Assembly (NCBI GenBank): GCA_963666985.2
Contig: CAXXIA010000002.1
Span: forward strand, 544,001 to 608,000
Origin: Spirochaetia bacterium
Lineage (GTDB): Bacteria > Spirochaetota > Spirochaetia > DSM-2461
Direction of reading: 5' to 3'
Length of the DNA: 64,000 nt
The notes under the pieces were generated by a model. The model had not been told where the DNA came from and searched no databases. It saw nothing but the letters and a program-made list of their open reading frames with translations. This document shows, in pieces, positions 19,135 to 29,385 of the stretch (its first letter is position 1; each line of letters opens with the position of its first letter). The translations under genes and the position numbers were made by a program.

Positions 19135-20126
19135 TTTTCCCCGTCCCTTTCACCTACGCTCTCAAACAAACGGCACCGGATGAAATGACCGGGCTCCACT
19201 TCATGCATGGTCTGTAACCTCCGGCACTCATCGCTCGCCAGCTTGCACCTTGAAGCGAAACGGCAACCCTCGATTTCCTCGGTCGGATCGGGCATCAGCC
19301 CATCAATGGTCTCAAGCCTCTTCGAATCCTCATCGAGCTTGGGAATTGCGCCGAACAAACCTTTTGTATAGGGATGCCAGTATTTACCGCTGAAAATTTC
19401 TTGGACGCGTCCCGATTCAATAATCTCACCGGCGTACATAACCGCAACACTGTCGCAGGTCTGAGCGACAACGCCCAAATCGTGAGTAATCAGCACCATT
19501 GCCGTATTCAGCCTTTTCTTTAAGTCGTTGATAAGAGAAAGCATCTGGGCCTGGATCGTCACGTCCAGAGCGGTAGTCGGTTCATCCGCCAAAATCAATT
19601 TCGGCTCGCATGCCAACGCAATGGCGATAACGATTCTCTGCTTCATCCCGCCGGAAAACTGATGAGGATACTCTTCTTTCCGATACGACGGGATTCCCAC
19701 CAATTCCATCATATCGTCCACCGCACGATCCAATTCCTGCCGACTTAATTCGGAACGGTGTATCTTCAATACTTCAAGGATTTGGTCGCCGACGGTCATC
19801 ACGGGATTAAGACTCGTCATGGGATCCTGGAAAATCATCGAAACGACGTTTCCCTGCATTTTGCGAATCTGGTCCTCACTGCAATTCAGAATGTTCACTC
19901 CATCCAAATGCAGACTGCCGGAGGTAACCTCACCAATTCGTTCGGGCAGGAGCTTCATTATACTCAAAGCCGTGGTGGTCTTACCCGCTCCGGTTTCGCC
20001 GACCAGTCCCATTGCCTCGCCGTAATCGAGGCTCAGACTCAATCCGTTCACGGCGCGGACAACCGCATCCTCGACTTTGTACTCTACAAAAAGATTTTTT
20101 ATCTCAAGTAATGTTTTCTCACTCAA
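19131..20126 (-). CDS. oppD: Oligopeptide/dipeptide ABC transporter ATP-binding protein (OppD-like)
   Basis: GETGAGKT, FSGGMKQR, ADEPTTALD; TTG start. Confidence 0.92.
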   Translation of the reverse strand: MSEKTLLEIKNLFVEYKVEDAVVRAVNGLSLSLDYGEAMGLVGETGAGKTTTALSIMKLLPERIGEVTSGSLHLDGVNILNCSEDQIRKMQGNVVSMIFQDPMTSLNPVMTVGDQILEVLKIHRSELSRQELDRAVDDMMELVGIPSYRKEEYPHQFSGGMKQRIVIAIALACEPKLILADEPTTALDVTIQAQMLSLINDLKKRLNTAMVLITHDLGVVAQTCDSVAVMYAGEIIESGRVQEIFSGKYWHPYTKGLFGAIPKLDEDSKRLETIDGLMPDPTEEIEGCRFASRCKLASDECRRLQTMHEVEPGHFIRCRLFESVGERDGEK

Positions 20127-20145
20127 TTGTGCATCCCTTCCTTAC

Positions 20146-21015
20146 TTACAGCGATCCGCGCAAACGGGGATCCAGCGCGTCCCGTACGGCATCGCCAACG
20201 ATATTGAAGCACAGCACCATCAGCAAAATGAATAATCCGGGAGCTACGGCCATAACGGGAATCATACGTAAAAAGGCATTCCCATCGGCGACCATCCCCC
20301 CCCAAGAAGGCAAAGGAGGATTTATCCCCAATCCGAGAAAACTCAAGTTGGCTTCCGCCAGGATCGCACCGCCAAGATTCATCGTCATCAAAACGATATT
20401 CGGGGAAATACAATTGGGAATAATATGCTTTACCGTGGTTCGAAACCGAGAGGATCCGCATATCGTGCTTGCCGTTACGTAATCGCTTTCCCGCAGGGTC
20501 AGAACCTGTCCCCGCGTAAGCCGCGCGAAGCTCGGCGCGGCGCTGATACCGACGGCGAGCATGACATTCGGCAGTCCCTTTCCAAGGATGCCTCCCAAAA
20601 AAATAGCGAGGACGATCAGCGGAATGGACATCATGGCATCCATCAGCCGCATGATAATCGTATCGACGATGCCTCCGACAACACCGGCTGTAACCCCAAG
20701 CACCATTCCTATCGTCCCGGCAATCAGTACCGAGGCCAAACCGACGGAGAACGAGATGCGCGTTCCGTAAATAATCCGGGAGAATGTATCGCGGCCCATG
20801 GCATCGGTTCCCAAAAGATGGTCCCGGGATATCGTCTGTAATGTGTTGTTCAGATCCTGTTTATAGGGATCGTAAGGTGCGATGAACCGCGCGAATATGG
20901 CGAAAAATGCCATCGCGGCCAATATAATCAGGCATAATATGACGGTTTTTCTGGCCAAAAGGACCCTGAAAAAACGCTTACTTTTATATGAATGTGCCGA
21001 ATTACTTATTTTCAT
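20146..21015 (-). CDS. oppC: Opp/Dpp ABC permease (OppC-like)
   Basis: HLLGTDAMGRD, LSFLGLG, GDAVRDALDPR. Confidence 0.92.
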   Translation of the reverse strand: MKISNSAHSYKSKRFFRVLLARKTVILCLIILAAMAFFAIFARFIAPYDPYKQDLNNTLQTISRDHLLGTDAMGRDTFSRIIYGTRISFSVGLASVLIAGTIGMVLGVTAGVVGGIVDTIIMRLMDAMMSIPLIVLAIFLGGILGKGLPNVMLAVGISAAPSFARLTRGQVLTLRESDYVTASTICGSSRFRTTVKHIIPNCISPNIVLMTMNLGGAILAEANLSFLGLGINPPLPSWGGMVADGNAFLRMIPVMAVAPGLFILLMVLCFNIVGDAVRDALDPRLRGSL

Positions 21016-21053
21016 GTTTTCTATCTTCCCTTTGTTCTTGAAGAAGCACCGCT

Positions 21054-22010
21054 TTATCTGTCCCTAATGCGCGGATCAATAACTCCGTACAGAAGATCGA
21101 CGATCAAATTACAGAAGATGATGAAAACGGAGATGACCAAAACCACATTCTGCACCACCATGAAATCCTTGCTCCTGATGGCCGTTATCATCGTGCTTCC
21201 CAATCCGGGAATAACAAAAAGGGATTCGATGATGATGGTCGTACCGACCATCATTCCAAGCTGCAGTCCCATAACGGTGATGATCGGGATAAGAGCGTTC
21301 CGCAGCTGATGTTTAAGAATGATGTCTTTGCGGCTGACTCCCTTGGCCCGGGCCGTCCGGACATAGTCCTGACGGATAACCTCCAGCATCGCGGAACGGG
21401 TTTGCCGTGTAAAAACCGCGGTCGGCGTAAGAGAGCATATAATCACAGGCATAATCAAACGCTGGACCGATTTACCGAAATTAACCCACGGAGGAACATA
21501 ACCCTGTACCGGGAGGATTCCCAATTTGATGGTCAACAGGAGAATCAGCAAAATTCCCATCCAGAACAAAGGGGTGGCCATCCCGATATTGGCCAGGGTG
21601 GAGACCAAAGAATCCACGGCCTTGCCTCTATGCAGCGCCGCGATAACGCCTAAAGTCGTCCCGATGATAACCGCCAGAACGAATGCCGGCAGGACGACCG
21701 TCAGCGTAATGGCCATCTTCTCGAAAATGAACTCCGAGACTTCTCTCTGCATGAGTACGGAGCGACCCATTTGTCCGTGAAAAAGATTCAAAACCCATCT
21801 TCCGTACTGAACAAGGACGGGCTTGTCGTACCCGAACAATTTTGTGTAGTGGTCGATCTGTTCCTGAGTTGCGGAAGGGCCGAGAAATATCTTAATCGGA
21901 TCTCCCGGAACCGCCTGCATGACCAGAAATACCAGTAAAGTAACGAGGACCAAAACGATGAGCGAATGACCGATCCTATGAAGAATCATCTGCATCAGCT
22001 TATTTTTCAT
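21054..22010 (-). CDS. oppB: Opp/Dpp ABC permease (OppB-like)
   Basis: PGDP, DYVRTARAKG, LRNALIP, DLLY..IDPRI. Confidence 0.92.
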   Translation of the reverse strand: MKNKLMQMILHRIGHSLIVLVLVTLLVFLVMQAVPGDPIKIFLGPSATQEQIDHYTKLFGYDKPVLVQYGRWVLNLFHGQMGRSVLMQREVSEFIFEKMAITLTVVLPAFVLAVIIGTTLGVIAALHRGKAVDSLVSTLANIGMATPLFWMGILLILLLTIKLGILPVQGYVPPWVNFGKSVQRLIMPVIICSLTPTAVFTRQTRSAMLEVIRQDYVRTARAKGVSRKDIILKHQLRNALIPIITVMGLQLGMMVGTTIIIESLFVIPGLGSTMITAIRSKDFMVVQNVVLVISVFIIFCNLIVDLLYGVIDPRIRDR

Positions 22011-22154
22011 GCGTACATCTCCAAAAACTTTTCAGACCGTGGCGCATTCATGAACCTTGTACGGATGAAGTTAAAAATCAACAGTCCACATACTGTTATC
22101 GCATTTCCGTGATTCATCATCTTTGACCCATGGAACCAAAAAGAAAAGAGTCAT

Positions 22155-22183
22155 GCGGACCGGTGCTTTCTCCACCGGTCCGC
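22155..22183 (-). terminator. Perfect 11-bp stem-loop after oppA
   Basis: gcggaccggtg / caccggtccgc, followed on the minus strand by a T-rich tract. Confidence 0.6.
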
Positions 22184-22200
22184 CTAACATTCAATATCAG

Positions 22201-23763
22201 TTATTCACTGAGCCACGCATTCTCAGGATCCCAACAGAAAACATGATCGATCAGCATGCGATCGTCATGAAGTCTCTCCTGCTTGAACACAAGAGGCTTC
22301 TGGATAAAAATCGGCTGTCCGAACAGCGCGTACTTATCGTAAATCATTTCCTGAAGTTTCCATTCCAAAGCCACTTTCTCTTCATTGGTCGGAGCCGTCC
22401 GAATCTTGGCGAGAAGATCCAGGGCGTCTTGAGGATGCTGGATACCGCAAGCGTAGAACGGAGCACCGGGATCCAAATGGCGCCCCATGAAAAGACCAAG
22501 GTCGGGAGAATTGGAATGGTAATGCCCCATGATGCCTTCCCAGCCGTTGGAGAACATGTTGAAGTTATTGGCGTCGTCCACCAGGTTCACCGTACAGCGG
22601 ATGCCGACTTCACTCAGCATATTCGCTGCGGCGGAAAACATATCCTTGGTATTCGCGGGTGTATGAACGACCGTATCGAATCCGTTCGGATAGCCGGCTT
22701 CCGACAAAAGAGCCTTGGCTTTCTCCGGATTATACGGATAACCCTTAACATTGGGGCTGTACGTAATGGCGCCGGGCGCGGCCCACTGGTTGGTACCTTC
22801 CAGAATTCCATAACCGAAAGCGCGAACCAAAGCATCGGAATCAATGGCGTAGCACATGGCCTGCCGGACTTTCACATCGGCGAAAGGAGAATCAGGATCC
22901 GCGCTATTGGGGATGAGTCCCGTGCCGACAAGTCCTCGGCCTGATTTATTCTGTTCCATCGTGTAGCCGGCATTCATCAATTCCTGAGCCGCCACCAAGT
23001 TCTCAACAAGAATCGCGTCGTACTCGCCATTCTGAAATGCTAAGGATCGCGTTGTGGGCTCGGCGACAACATACATCTCAACGCCGTCGAGATAGGGCTT
23101 ACCCTCCTGCCAATAATAATCGTTCCGAACGTACTTCACGCTGACATTGTTGATGAATTCCGTAACCTTGAAAGGACCGGTACCGGCGGATGAAGATCTC
23201 AGCGCATCAACATTCTCCAGGGCTTTCGGAGAATTGTAGAGAACATAGAATCCAACGCCCTCCAGAGTGGAAGAATTCCATTGTTTCAAAACCATTTTAA
23301 TTGTGTAGTCGTCGATAATCTCACAACGGGCGATGTTCTGCGTCTCGTTGCGTCCCACGCTCTGATATTCTTCGACGTTCCGTTTCACGGCTTGTGCGTT
23401 AAAGGGTTCGCCGTCGGAGAACCGGACACCCTGCCGCAGAGTCCATGTAATGCTGGGTTCGGCGGGATTTGTCGTCCACTGCGTCGCCAAAAGAGGAACG
23501 ACATTGCCGCCTTCGTCGTAGCTGATAAGAGCTTCGTAAGCGAGGTTCATATAGAGGAAGGGGCCATTGGAAGTAACTTCGGGAGTGTATCCGGAGTTGG
23601 GCGTCGAAATATGGGAACCGAAACGCATCACGCCGCCGTACTTCCCTTCTTTGGGTACCGCCGCCCCGCCGGAATCCTCCTGACCTCCGGCGTATACCGA
23701 AACGAATCCACTGATAACCATGAAAAGTATAATCATGGTTTTTATTAGCCGGTTTGATTTCAT
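22201..23763 (-). CDS. oppA: Opp/Dpp ABC substrate-binding protein (family 5)
   Basis: Signal peptide ending YAGG; LRQGVRFSDGEPFNA, GTGPF, VRQAMCYAID, YNPEKAKALL.EAGYPNGF. Confidence 0.92.
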   Translation of the reverse strand: MKSNRLIKTMIILFMVISGFVSVYAGGQEDSGGAAVPKEGKYGGVMRFGSHISTPNSGYTPEVTSNGPFLYMNLAYEALISYDEGGNVVPLLATQWTTNPAEPSITWTLRQGVRFSDGEPFNAQAVKRNVEEYQSVGRNETQNIARCEIIDDYTIKMVLKQWNSSTLEGVGFYVLYNSPKALENVDALRSSSAGTGPFKVTEFINNVSVKYVRNDYYWQEGKPYLDGVEMYVVAEPTTRSLAFQNGEYDAILVENLVAAQELMNAGYTMEQNKSGRGLVGTGLIPNSADPDSPFADVKVRQAMCYAIDSDALVRAFGYGILEGTNQWAAPGAITYSPNVKGYPYNPEKAKALLSEAGYPNGFDTVVHTPANTKDMFSAAANMLSEVGIRCTVNLVDDANNFNMFSNGWEGIMGHYHSNSPDLGLFMGRHLDPGAPFYACGIQHPQDALDLLAKIRTAPTNEEKVALEWKLQEMIYDKYALFGQPIFIQKPLVFKQERLHDDRMLIDHVFCWDPENAWLSE

Positions 23764-23840
23764 GATCTTCTCCTTAATTCCTATTTTTTATATTCCTGAA
23801 CACATGAATGGGCCCTATCCCTGTGTTCATTAAATATCCT

Positions 23841-25628
23841 TTATTCAACCAGAGGCAGTTCGATGCGACCGGGCGATTCACCGCCGGTAATAACGGTATT
23901 TACGGCGATGCCGTCGGCTCCCTGGAGCGACCAAACTTCCGCTTTATTCCGATGGATGCAGTACATGGGAAAGTTCGACGAGGTGATGTCAACCCTGATT
24001 TTGCCGCCGGCACGGAACTTCCAGGCTACCGGCCACATCTCAATTTTCATCAGCGCAACGGTCCCCGGTGTATACGATCTTCTTAAACCGTTGCCCGCAC
24101 GGAATTCCAGCGAAGAAATCCCATCGCAAACATTGAAGTACTCGCCTTTGGATTCCTCGATAACCTTGACGAAAAAGCACGTATCTTCGGCATCCGATTG
24201 AACGTTGAGAGTTACGAGAATATTCCCGACAATTTCCAAGTCCGCCGCCAAAGGCTCGGAGAGAAAGGATACGACATCTTTTCGATAATCAGGCTCCGGC
24301 TGGCGAACGCAACCGTGCTTCGCCCCTTTAAACTCAGGGTTAATCCATGCGAGAAGAGAGCTACCGCCGACGGTTTCCACCGGGTTCGACGAATCGTATT
24401 CGAACGATCGGGAAGATAATTCCTCAGGACTTTCAGTGCTCAAACGGGCGCATATGTCTTTATCGTCCATCCGTGCGTCAAAATAGAATGCCTTATTCTC
24501 AACCGCTTCCGGCCATTCCTTATTTTTCTTCCACGAATTACCATTGATAACGTAAGTTTCCACGCAGCCTGTATCTTGAGAAAAAGCTTTCCCTTTAAGC
24601 TGAAAATCGAACCACTCGATCGCTTCTTTCACGCAGAGCGTACTCAATTCGGCGTCTCCGCTAATTTTTTTATCTCCGGGAATCTTGAAGGAATGATCCC
24701 ATGGGCCGATAACGAAGCGGCTCCGTTCCTTAATCGATCTCGGAAGGTTTTTATAAGCCACGCACATGCCGTCAAGGTGATGATCGAACCAGCCGGCGAT
24801 CATATGAACCGGAATACTGATCTTTGAAGGAACATCCTGCAGAGTTTTCCAAACGCCGGTATTCCAAAGTTCCGAATCCGCCGAAGGATGAGTAATCCAA
24901 TCCCTGTACCACGGCAGCTTCCGCTGGAAAATCTCTTCATCCATATTTATGTGAGGCTTAACGGCGAGAGCTTTCCGATAGAGTTCTCCGGGATTTTCAT
25001 CCGTCTTCACTCCCGAATTCTCCACCGCCCACATCGTGTAGATTTCATGCCGAAACATGCCGCCCATATACATCTGCCTATAGCGTTCGGTTCCCGCGAC
25101 CGTTAAAAACAGAGTTTTGACTTCTTTCGGAACAACATCGGCGACGAGCCATTGATTGATCGTGAGATAAGAAGGACCGAACATCCCGATGCTGTCTTGG
25201 CTCCATTCCTGCTTTTTAATCCATTCGATCGAAGCCAATCCGTCGGCTCTTTCACTGACGAACGGATTCCATTCACCGCCGGATTCACCGGTTCCGCGGC
25301 AATCCTGGATAACAAGTGAATAATCATGCATCGACATTACGGCGGCGGCGGCGTTCATCTGAATACCCGAAGAAAGTGATGAGTACGGAGTTCTGATGAA
25401 AATAACGGGATACTCGGAGTCAAAATCGGGTGCGAATACGCGGGTATTAAGGGAAACGCCGTTATCGACATCCACCTTGTAAATTCGTGAAAGAACCGAT
25501 TTGCCGCGGCAGGAAGGATTCTCGGCTTGAAGATCCTCTATAACGGAAACGCTGTAAGAGTCGGCACCTTCGGGAACCAGAGAATCGAAGGATATCCGCG
25601 TTTCGGATTCAAAATCATGCATCAGCAT
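23841..25628 (-). CDS. CocE/NonD-family hydrolase (S15-like esterase/amidase)
   Basis: RTPY, QDCRGTGESGG, nucleophile motif GPSY, GWFD, IGPWDH, C-terminal beta-sandwich with SSNFP. Confidence 0.9.
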   Translation of the reverse strand: MLMHDFESETRISFDSLVPEGADSYSVSVIEDLQAENPSCRGKSVLSRIYKVDVDNGVSLNTRVFAPDFDSEYPVIFIRTPYSSLSSGIQMNAAAAVMSMHDYSLVIQDCRGTGESGGEWNPFVSERADGLASIEWIKKQEWSQDSIGMFGPSYLTINQWLVADVVPKEVKTLFLTVAGTERYRQMYMGGMFRHEIYTMWAVENSGVKTDENPGELYRKALAVKPHINMDEEIFQRKLPWYRDWITHPSADSELWNTGVWKTLQDVPSKISIPVHMIAGWFDHHLDGMCVAYKNLPRSIKERSRFVIGPWDHSFKIPGDKKISGDAELSTLCVKEAIEWFDFQLKGKAFSQDTGCVETYVINGNSWKKNKEWPEAVENKAFYFDARMDDKDICARLSTESPEELSSRSFEYDSSNPVETVGGSSLLAWINPEFKGAKHGCVRQPEPDYRKDVVSFLSEPLAADLEIVGNILVTLNVQSDAEDTCFFVKVIEESKGEYFNVCDGISSLEFRAGNGLRRSYTPGTVALMKIEMWPVAWKFRAGGKIRVDITSSNFPMYCIHRNKAEVWSLQGADGIAVNTVITGGESPGRIELPLVE

Positions 25629-25933
25629 TCAATCTCCATATCCAACAGAGCCGAACTCAGAGTCTTCCCGTGCATATCCAGCGAAAGCGACCGCGTTACG
25701 CCTCCGCCGAGTGCGTCGGATAAAACGAAATTAAGTGCTCCCAACTGCGGAAGCTCGTAACGGCGAACCTCTCCGTGGACGATTCCGGAAAACCAATTCT
25801 TAACACGCTCCGGCGTGAGTTCTTTCTCTATGACTTCGTAGTCCTCGAGGTTGTAGGCGATAACGGATATATTGGAGATATTCCCTTTGTCACCGGCCCT
25901 GGTGTGTGCGATGTCGCGAAGTTTCTTCATCAT
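25622..25933 (-). CDS. Small AtuA-related protein (AtuA C-terminal-like domain)
   Basis: AHTRAGDKGN, VRRYELP, LNFVL..ALGGG..RSL..D.HGK. Confidence 0.85.
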   Translation of the reverse strand: MMKKLRDIAHTRAGDKGNISNISVIAYNLEDYEVIEKELTPERVKNWFSGIVHGEVRRYELPQLGALNFVLSDALGGGVTRSLSLDMHGKTLSSALLDMEIEC

Positions 25934-27300
25934 TATGTATTCTCGTAATTTACGGCAACGGTTACATCGGATTCCGAAATGAAGATGGATGCGACGGAAA
26001 TAATTTCCCTGACGGAAACTTTAATACCGCCGCCGCCTGCCGGACCGTTCAGGTAAAGAGATTCAACTTCCTCGCCTACGGATTCCGCTTGTTTCCGTTT
26101 CTTCGTTCTAACGGCCACGCGCAGTCTGACTTCGGAGAACGACTCCCCGCCGTTCAGCAATTTCGGACTTAAGTCATCTCCATACAGAGCATTCACTCCT
26201 ATGAAATCAATCTTCAGTTCATCCAAGGAAACAGCCAGGAACCGGAGTCTCCGTTTGACGATTTCGGCAGCGAGTTTTGCCCGTTCAAGACATCCCGGTC
26301 CACCGTAGCTGATTTCACTCTCACCGATAAAGCAATCCTTGTATCCGATACTGACTTTGAGCTTTCCCGTTGGAGCGCGCCCGGACGCATTTTCGACTTT
26401 CACCCGATTCTCACCGATTTCAGCAACGGAGACTTTCGACAAATCGGCGATTCCGTCCGGTGTGATATACGAATGCGGGTCATGGATTTCATAGAGAATC
26501 TGCTCGATACAAGTGGAACGATTAACGATACCGCCGGCATCGTCCAGCTTGCCGATAATAACCGTTCCATCTGAAAAAACTTCACCGATAGGAAATCCGA
26601 CCTTCCACAAATCCGGAACGTCTTTATATCCCGGATCGGCGAAATACCCGCCGGTTACCTGAGCTCCGCATTCCAACAAATGTCCCGCCAGAATCCCCTT
26701 ACCGATGATTTCATAGTCTTCTCCCGACCAGCCGAATTCATGAATCAGAGGCCCAAGAAAGAGTGACGGATCGGAAACCCGGCCGCAAATAACGATGTCC
26801 GCGCCGTGGCGAAGAGCCTCGACGATTCCCGAAGATCCTATATAAGCATTCGCCGAAACGATTTGTTCCTTAAGACATCGAAGCGGTTCTCTCAGTTCCA
26901 ATGTCTCATGGTCCATGTAGCGGTCAATCCGATCAAACACGGAATCACCCGTAACATAAGCGATTTTCATGTTGTCGATACCGAGCTTCCGGGCCAGGTT
27001 CTTCACGGCAACGGCGGCCGACTGAGGATTCGCCGCTCCCATATTCGTAATAACCTTCGTTCCCGTCTTTCGGCACAGAGGGAGGATTCTCTCCATTCTG
27101 GGTAGAAGCATATGATTGTAACCCAGACTCGGATTCTCCAATTTCTCTTTCTGAGCAATTGCTATCGTCCGTTCTGCGAGACATTCGAATACGATGTAAT
27201 CAAGATTTCCTTTTTCAAGCAATTGAACCGCCGGGTCGATCCGGTCTCCGCCGTAGCCCGCTCCGGTTCCAATTCGGATGCTGTTTGGTGCCGCATTCAT
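25933..27300 (-). CDS. Acyclic terpene utilization AtuA-family protein (DUF1446)
   Basis: IRIGTGAGYGGDR, ECLAERT, NMGAANP, ANAYIG, GRVSD, GHLLECGAQVTGG, EQILYEIHDP..YITPD, NGPAGGG. Confidence 0.9.
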   Translation of the reverse strand: MNAAPNSIRIGTGAGYGGDRIDPAVQLLEKGNLDYIVFECLAERTIAIAQKEKLENPSLGYNHMLLPRMERILPLCRKTGTKVITNMGAANPQSAAVAVKNLARKLGIDNMKIAYVTGDSVFDRIDRYMDHETLELREPLRCLKEQIVSANAYIGSSGIVEALRHGADIVICGRVSDPSLFLGPLIHEFGWSGEDYEIIGKGILAGHLLECGAQVTGGYFADPGYKDVPDLWKVGFPIGEVFSDGTVIIGKLDDAGGIVNRSTCIEQILYEIHDPHSYITPDGIADLSKVSVAEIGENRVKVENASGRAPTGKLKVSIGYKDCFIGESEISYGGPGCLERAKLAAEIVKRRLRFLAVSLDELKIDFIGVNALYGDDLSPKLLNGGESFSEVRLRVAVRTKKRKQAESVGEEVESLYLNGPAGGGGIKVSVREIISVASIFISESDVTVAVNYENT

Positions 27301-27313
27301 ACGGCAAGTTCAA

Positions 27314-27330
27314 AGCAAAACCGATGCCAA
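27314..27330 (-). promoter_or_regulatory. sigma54 (-24/-12) promoter for the atuA-cocE-opp operon
   Basis: Minus strand TTGGCATCGGTTTTGCT matches TGGCAC-N5-TTGC; the adjacent gene encodes a GAFTGA enhancer-binding protein. Confidence 0.85.
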
Positions 27331-27435
27331 GTTTAAAATCTTATGATTTTTTCGAGAAAATTGCGTAAAACACCGCTTCGGCTCCGCCAATTTACAGCCG
27401 GACGGAATATTTTCATTATGAGACAACAGCTGAAA

Positions 27436-27483
27436 ATTCTAAATTTCTAGAATGTCAAAAAGCCGTTTCTAAAATTCTAGAAA
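27436..27483. promoter_or_regulatory. Two palindromic upstream activator sequences, TTCTA-N6-TAGAA
   Basis: TTCTAAATTTCTAGAA at 27437-27452 and TTCTAAAATTCTAGAA at 27467-27482, 30 bp apart and about 110-150 bp upstream of the -24 box. Confidence 0.7.
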
Positions 27484-27525
27484 ATCAAATCGAACCCGAA
27501 ACAGGGAGAGATCGACTCATCATCG

Positions 27526-28872
27526 TTAATTGATCTTTTTCAATTTATTATAAAGTGATGCCAAGGAAATCCCCAAAGCCTTCGCAACCTCTTTCTTGCC
27601 TTCAACTGATGAACCGTACTTTTTTAAAGCCTGTTTTATCGATTCGGTCTCGGCTTCATCCACTGTTTTAGACAAAGGCGGAATGGGTTTATCCGCCGGG
27701 CATTTCTCATATTCTCTGATGCATTTGGGAAGGTGTTCCAACGATACGATATCATTATCCGACATCATAAAGGCATATTCGATTGAGTTCTTAAGTTCCC
27801 GGATATTCCCTGGCCAATGATACTCCTGGAACACCGTCATAACCTCATCCGAGATTCTCTTGTCTGTCTTTTCCAACGTATTCAGCTGCGCGGCAAAATA
27901 ATCAATCAGTAATCCGATATCACTCGACCGTTCCCGCAGAGGACTCAAATTAATGGAGAAAACACAAAGCCGGTAATACAAATCCGCTCTGAAATTCTTT
28001 TTTTCGATTAAGTCGGGTATGTTCTTATTCGTAGCCGCGATAACCCTGACATCGATAGGAATCTCCCGGTTCCCGCCAAGCGGACGGATTGTATTTTCCT
28101 GGAGCGTCCGAAGCAATTTCGCCTGTACCTTGCCGTCCATTTCCGTCACTTCATCCAAAAAAACAGTACCGCCGTTTGCTTCTTTAAAGATTCCGAACTT
28201 CCCGCCCTTTTTCGCGCCTGTAAAAGCGCCGTCCTGATATCCGAACAGCTCGCTTTCAAGAAGATTCTGTTCGAGAGTTGCGCAGTTTATCGGAATAAAA
28301 GGACTGTCCCTTCGGCTGCTTTCATTATGAATGGAGTGAGCATACAACTCTTTGCCGGTACCGCTTTCTCCGGTAATCAGGACGTTCATATCTTTATGCG
28401 CGATCTTTTTCGCCAGAATAATGTTCTCCTGAGATTTCATATCCCGATAGAGAATGTCTTCGAAAGTATATCTGGCGCCTTTGAGCTTCCGTACTTTCGC
28501 TTCAAGATCCTTAATGATCATCCCGGATTTCTTGAGCTTTTCCGTCAATTTCGCTATATCGCTGATATCGTTAAGCAAAGAGATTCCACCGGTAACCCGA
28601 CCGTCTTCGAAAATGGGAACCATATTGACGATGTATTCTCTGTTCTCGACTTTTCGGTGTACACCGAGAAGCTGTTCACCGGTTTTCAAGACATTCTGCA
28701 GCTGACTTCCGGGTCTGACGTTCAAAGATTTCCCGACAATTTCTTCGTACGGAACATTGGTAATCTTCGTGTAGGATTTATTAACATACCGGACAATGGA
28801 ATCCGCATCGGCAATCAAAACGCCATCATAAAGAGAGTCCATTATGACTTTCACCCAGTTATCGATCTTCAT
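27526..28872 (-). CDS. sigma54-dependent enhancer-binding regulator (PAS-AAA+-Fis HTH)
   Basis: N-terminal PAS, GESGTGKE, ESELFGY..GAFTGA, FLDEV, FRADLYYRL, WPGNIREL, HTH AKALGISLASLYNKL. Confidence 0.95.
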   Translation of the reverse strand: MKIDNWVKVIMDSLYDGVLIADADSIVRYVNKSYTKITNVPYEEIVGKSLNVRPGSQLQNVLKTGEQLLGVHRKVENREYIVNMVPIFEDGRVTGGISLLNDISDIAKLTEKLKKSGMIIKDLEAKVRKLKGARYTFEDILYRDMKSQENIILAKKIAHKDMNVLITGESGTGKELYAHSIHNESSRRDSPFIPINCATLEQNLLESELFGYQDGAFTGAKKGGKFGIFKEANGGTVFLDEVTEMDGKVQAKLLRTLQENTIRPLGGNREIPIDVRVIAATNKNIPDLIEKKNFRADLYYRLCVFSINLSPLRERSSDIGLLIDYFAAQLNTLEKTDKRISDEVMTVFQEYHWPGNIRELKNSIEYAFMMSDNDIVSLEHLPKCIREYEKCPADKPIPPLSKTVDEAETESIKQALKKYGSSVEGKKEVAKALGISLASLYNKLKKIN

Positions 28873-29158
28873 TTTTCTCTATTCCCTAAGAAACCGATCC
28901 ACTTTAAACATTGAATCTTCCCGGGATTGCCTAAGTACGCAAATGTGAATGCTGTAAGAAGCAGCCTAACCATATTTCCGGTCATAATATTCGATTTGCA
29001 CTATCTCGGCGAGAGATACCCAAAAAAGGCCGTCTTTCTGTATTTATTCGGTGTCTCCGTTTATCCTCTTCCACTGTCCCAAGACGATTGCCGGCGAAGT
29101 CTTCGGTGGGCATTCTTGGGATTAGGGAATATGGAATCGTATGCTGCGGACAGGAGGA

Positions 29159-29383
29159 CTAACTCAGCAGCCTCATAATGAATCGGGTAATTCCGGCGGC
29201 GATCGGCGTCAGCAGGAGAGAACAAGGAAAGGCCGTGAGAAAGGCTATTCCTGCGTTTTTGGGATATCGTCGCCAAAGCGCCGGGGTAAATCCCGTATTC
29301 AAAGCGGTCATCACAAAGGCCATGGGAATAACAATAAGAACAACGAAGACAAGCTTCGAAATGAAAAACTCAAGACCGATCAT
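29159..29383 (-). CDS. Small two-helix membrane protein (DUF2798-like)
   Basis: MIGLEFF...MAFVMTALNTGF...W...IAFLTAFP...LTPIA; GGAG RBS; follows the response regulator directly. Confidence 0.6.
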   Translation of the reverse strand: MIGLEFFISKLVFVVLIVIPMAFVMTALNTGFTPALWRRYPKNAGIAFLTAFPCSLLLTPIAAGITRFIMRLLS

Positions 29384-29385
29384 GT

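Noticed and set aside
20123..20461. 112-aa minus-strand ORF overlapping oppC
   Set aside because: Alternate frame of oppC; oppC and oppD are intact, so no frameshift is needed.
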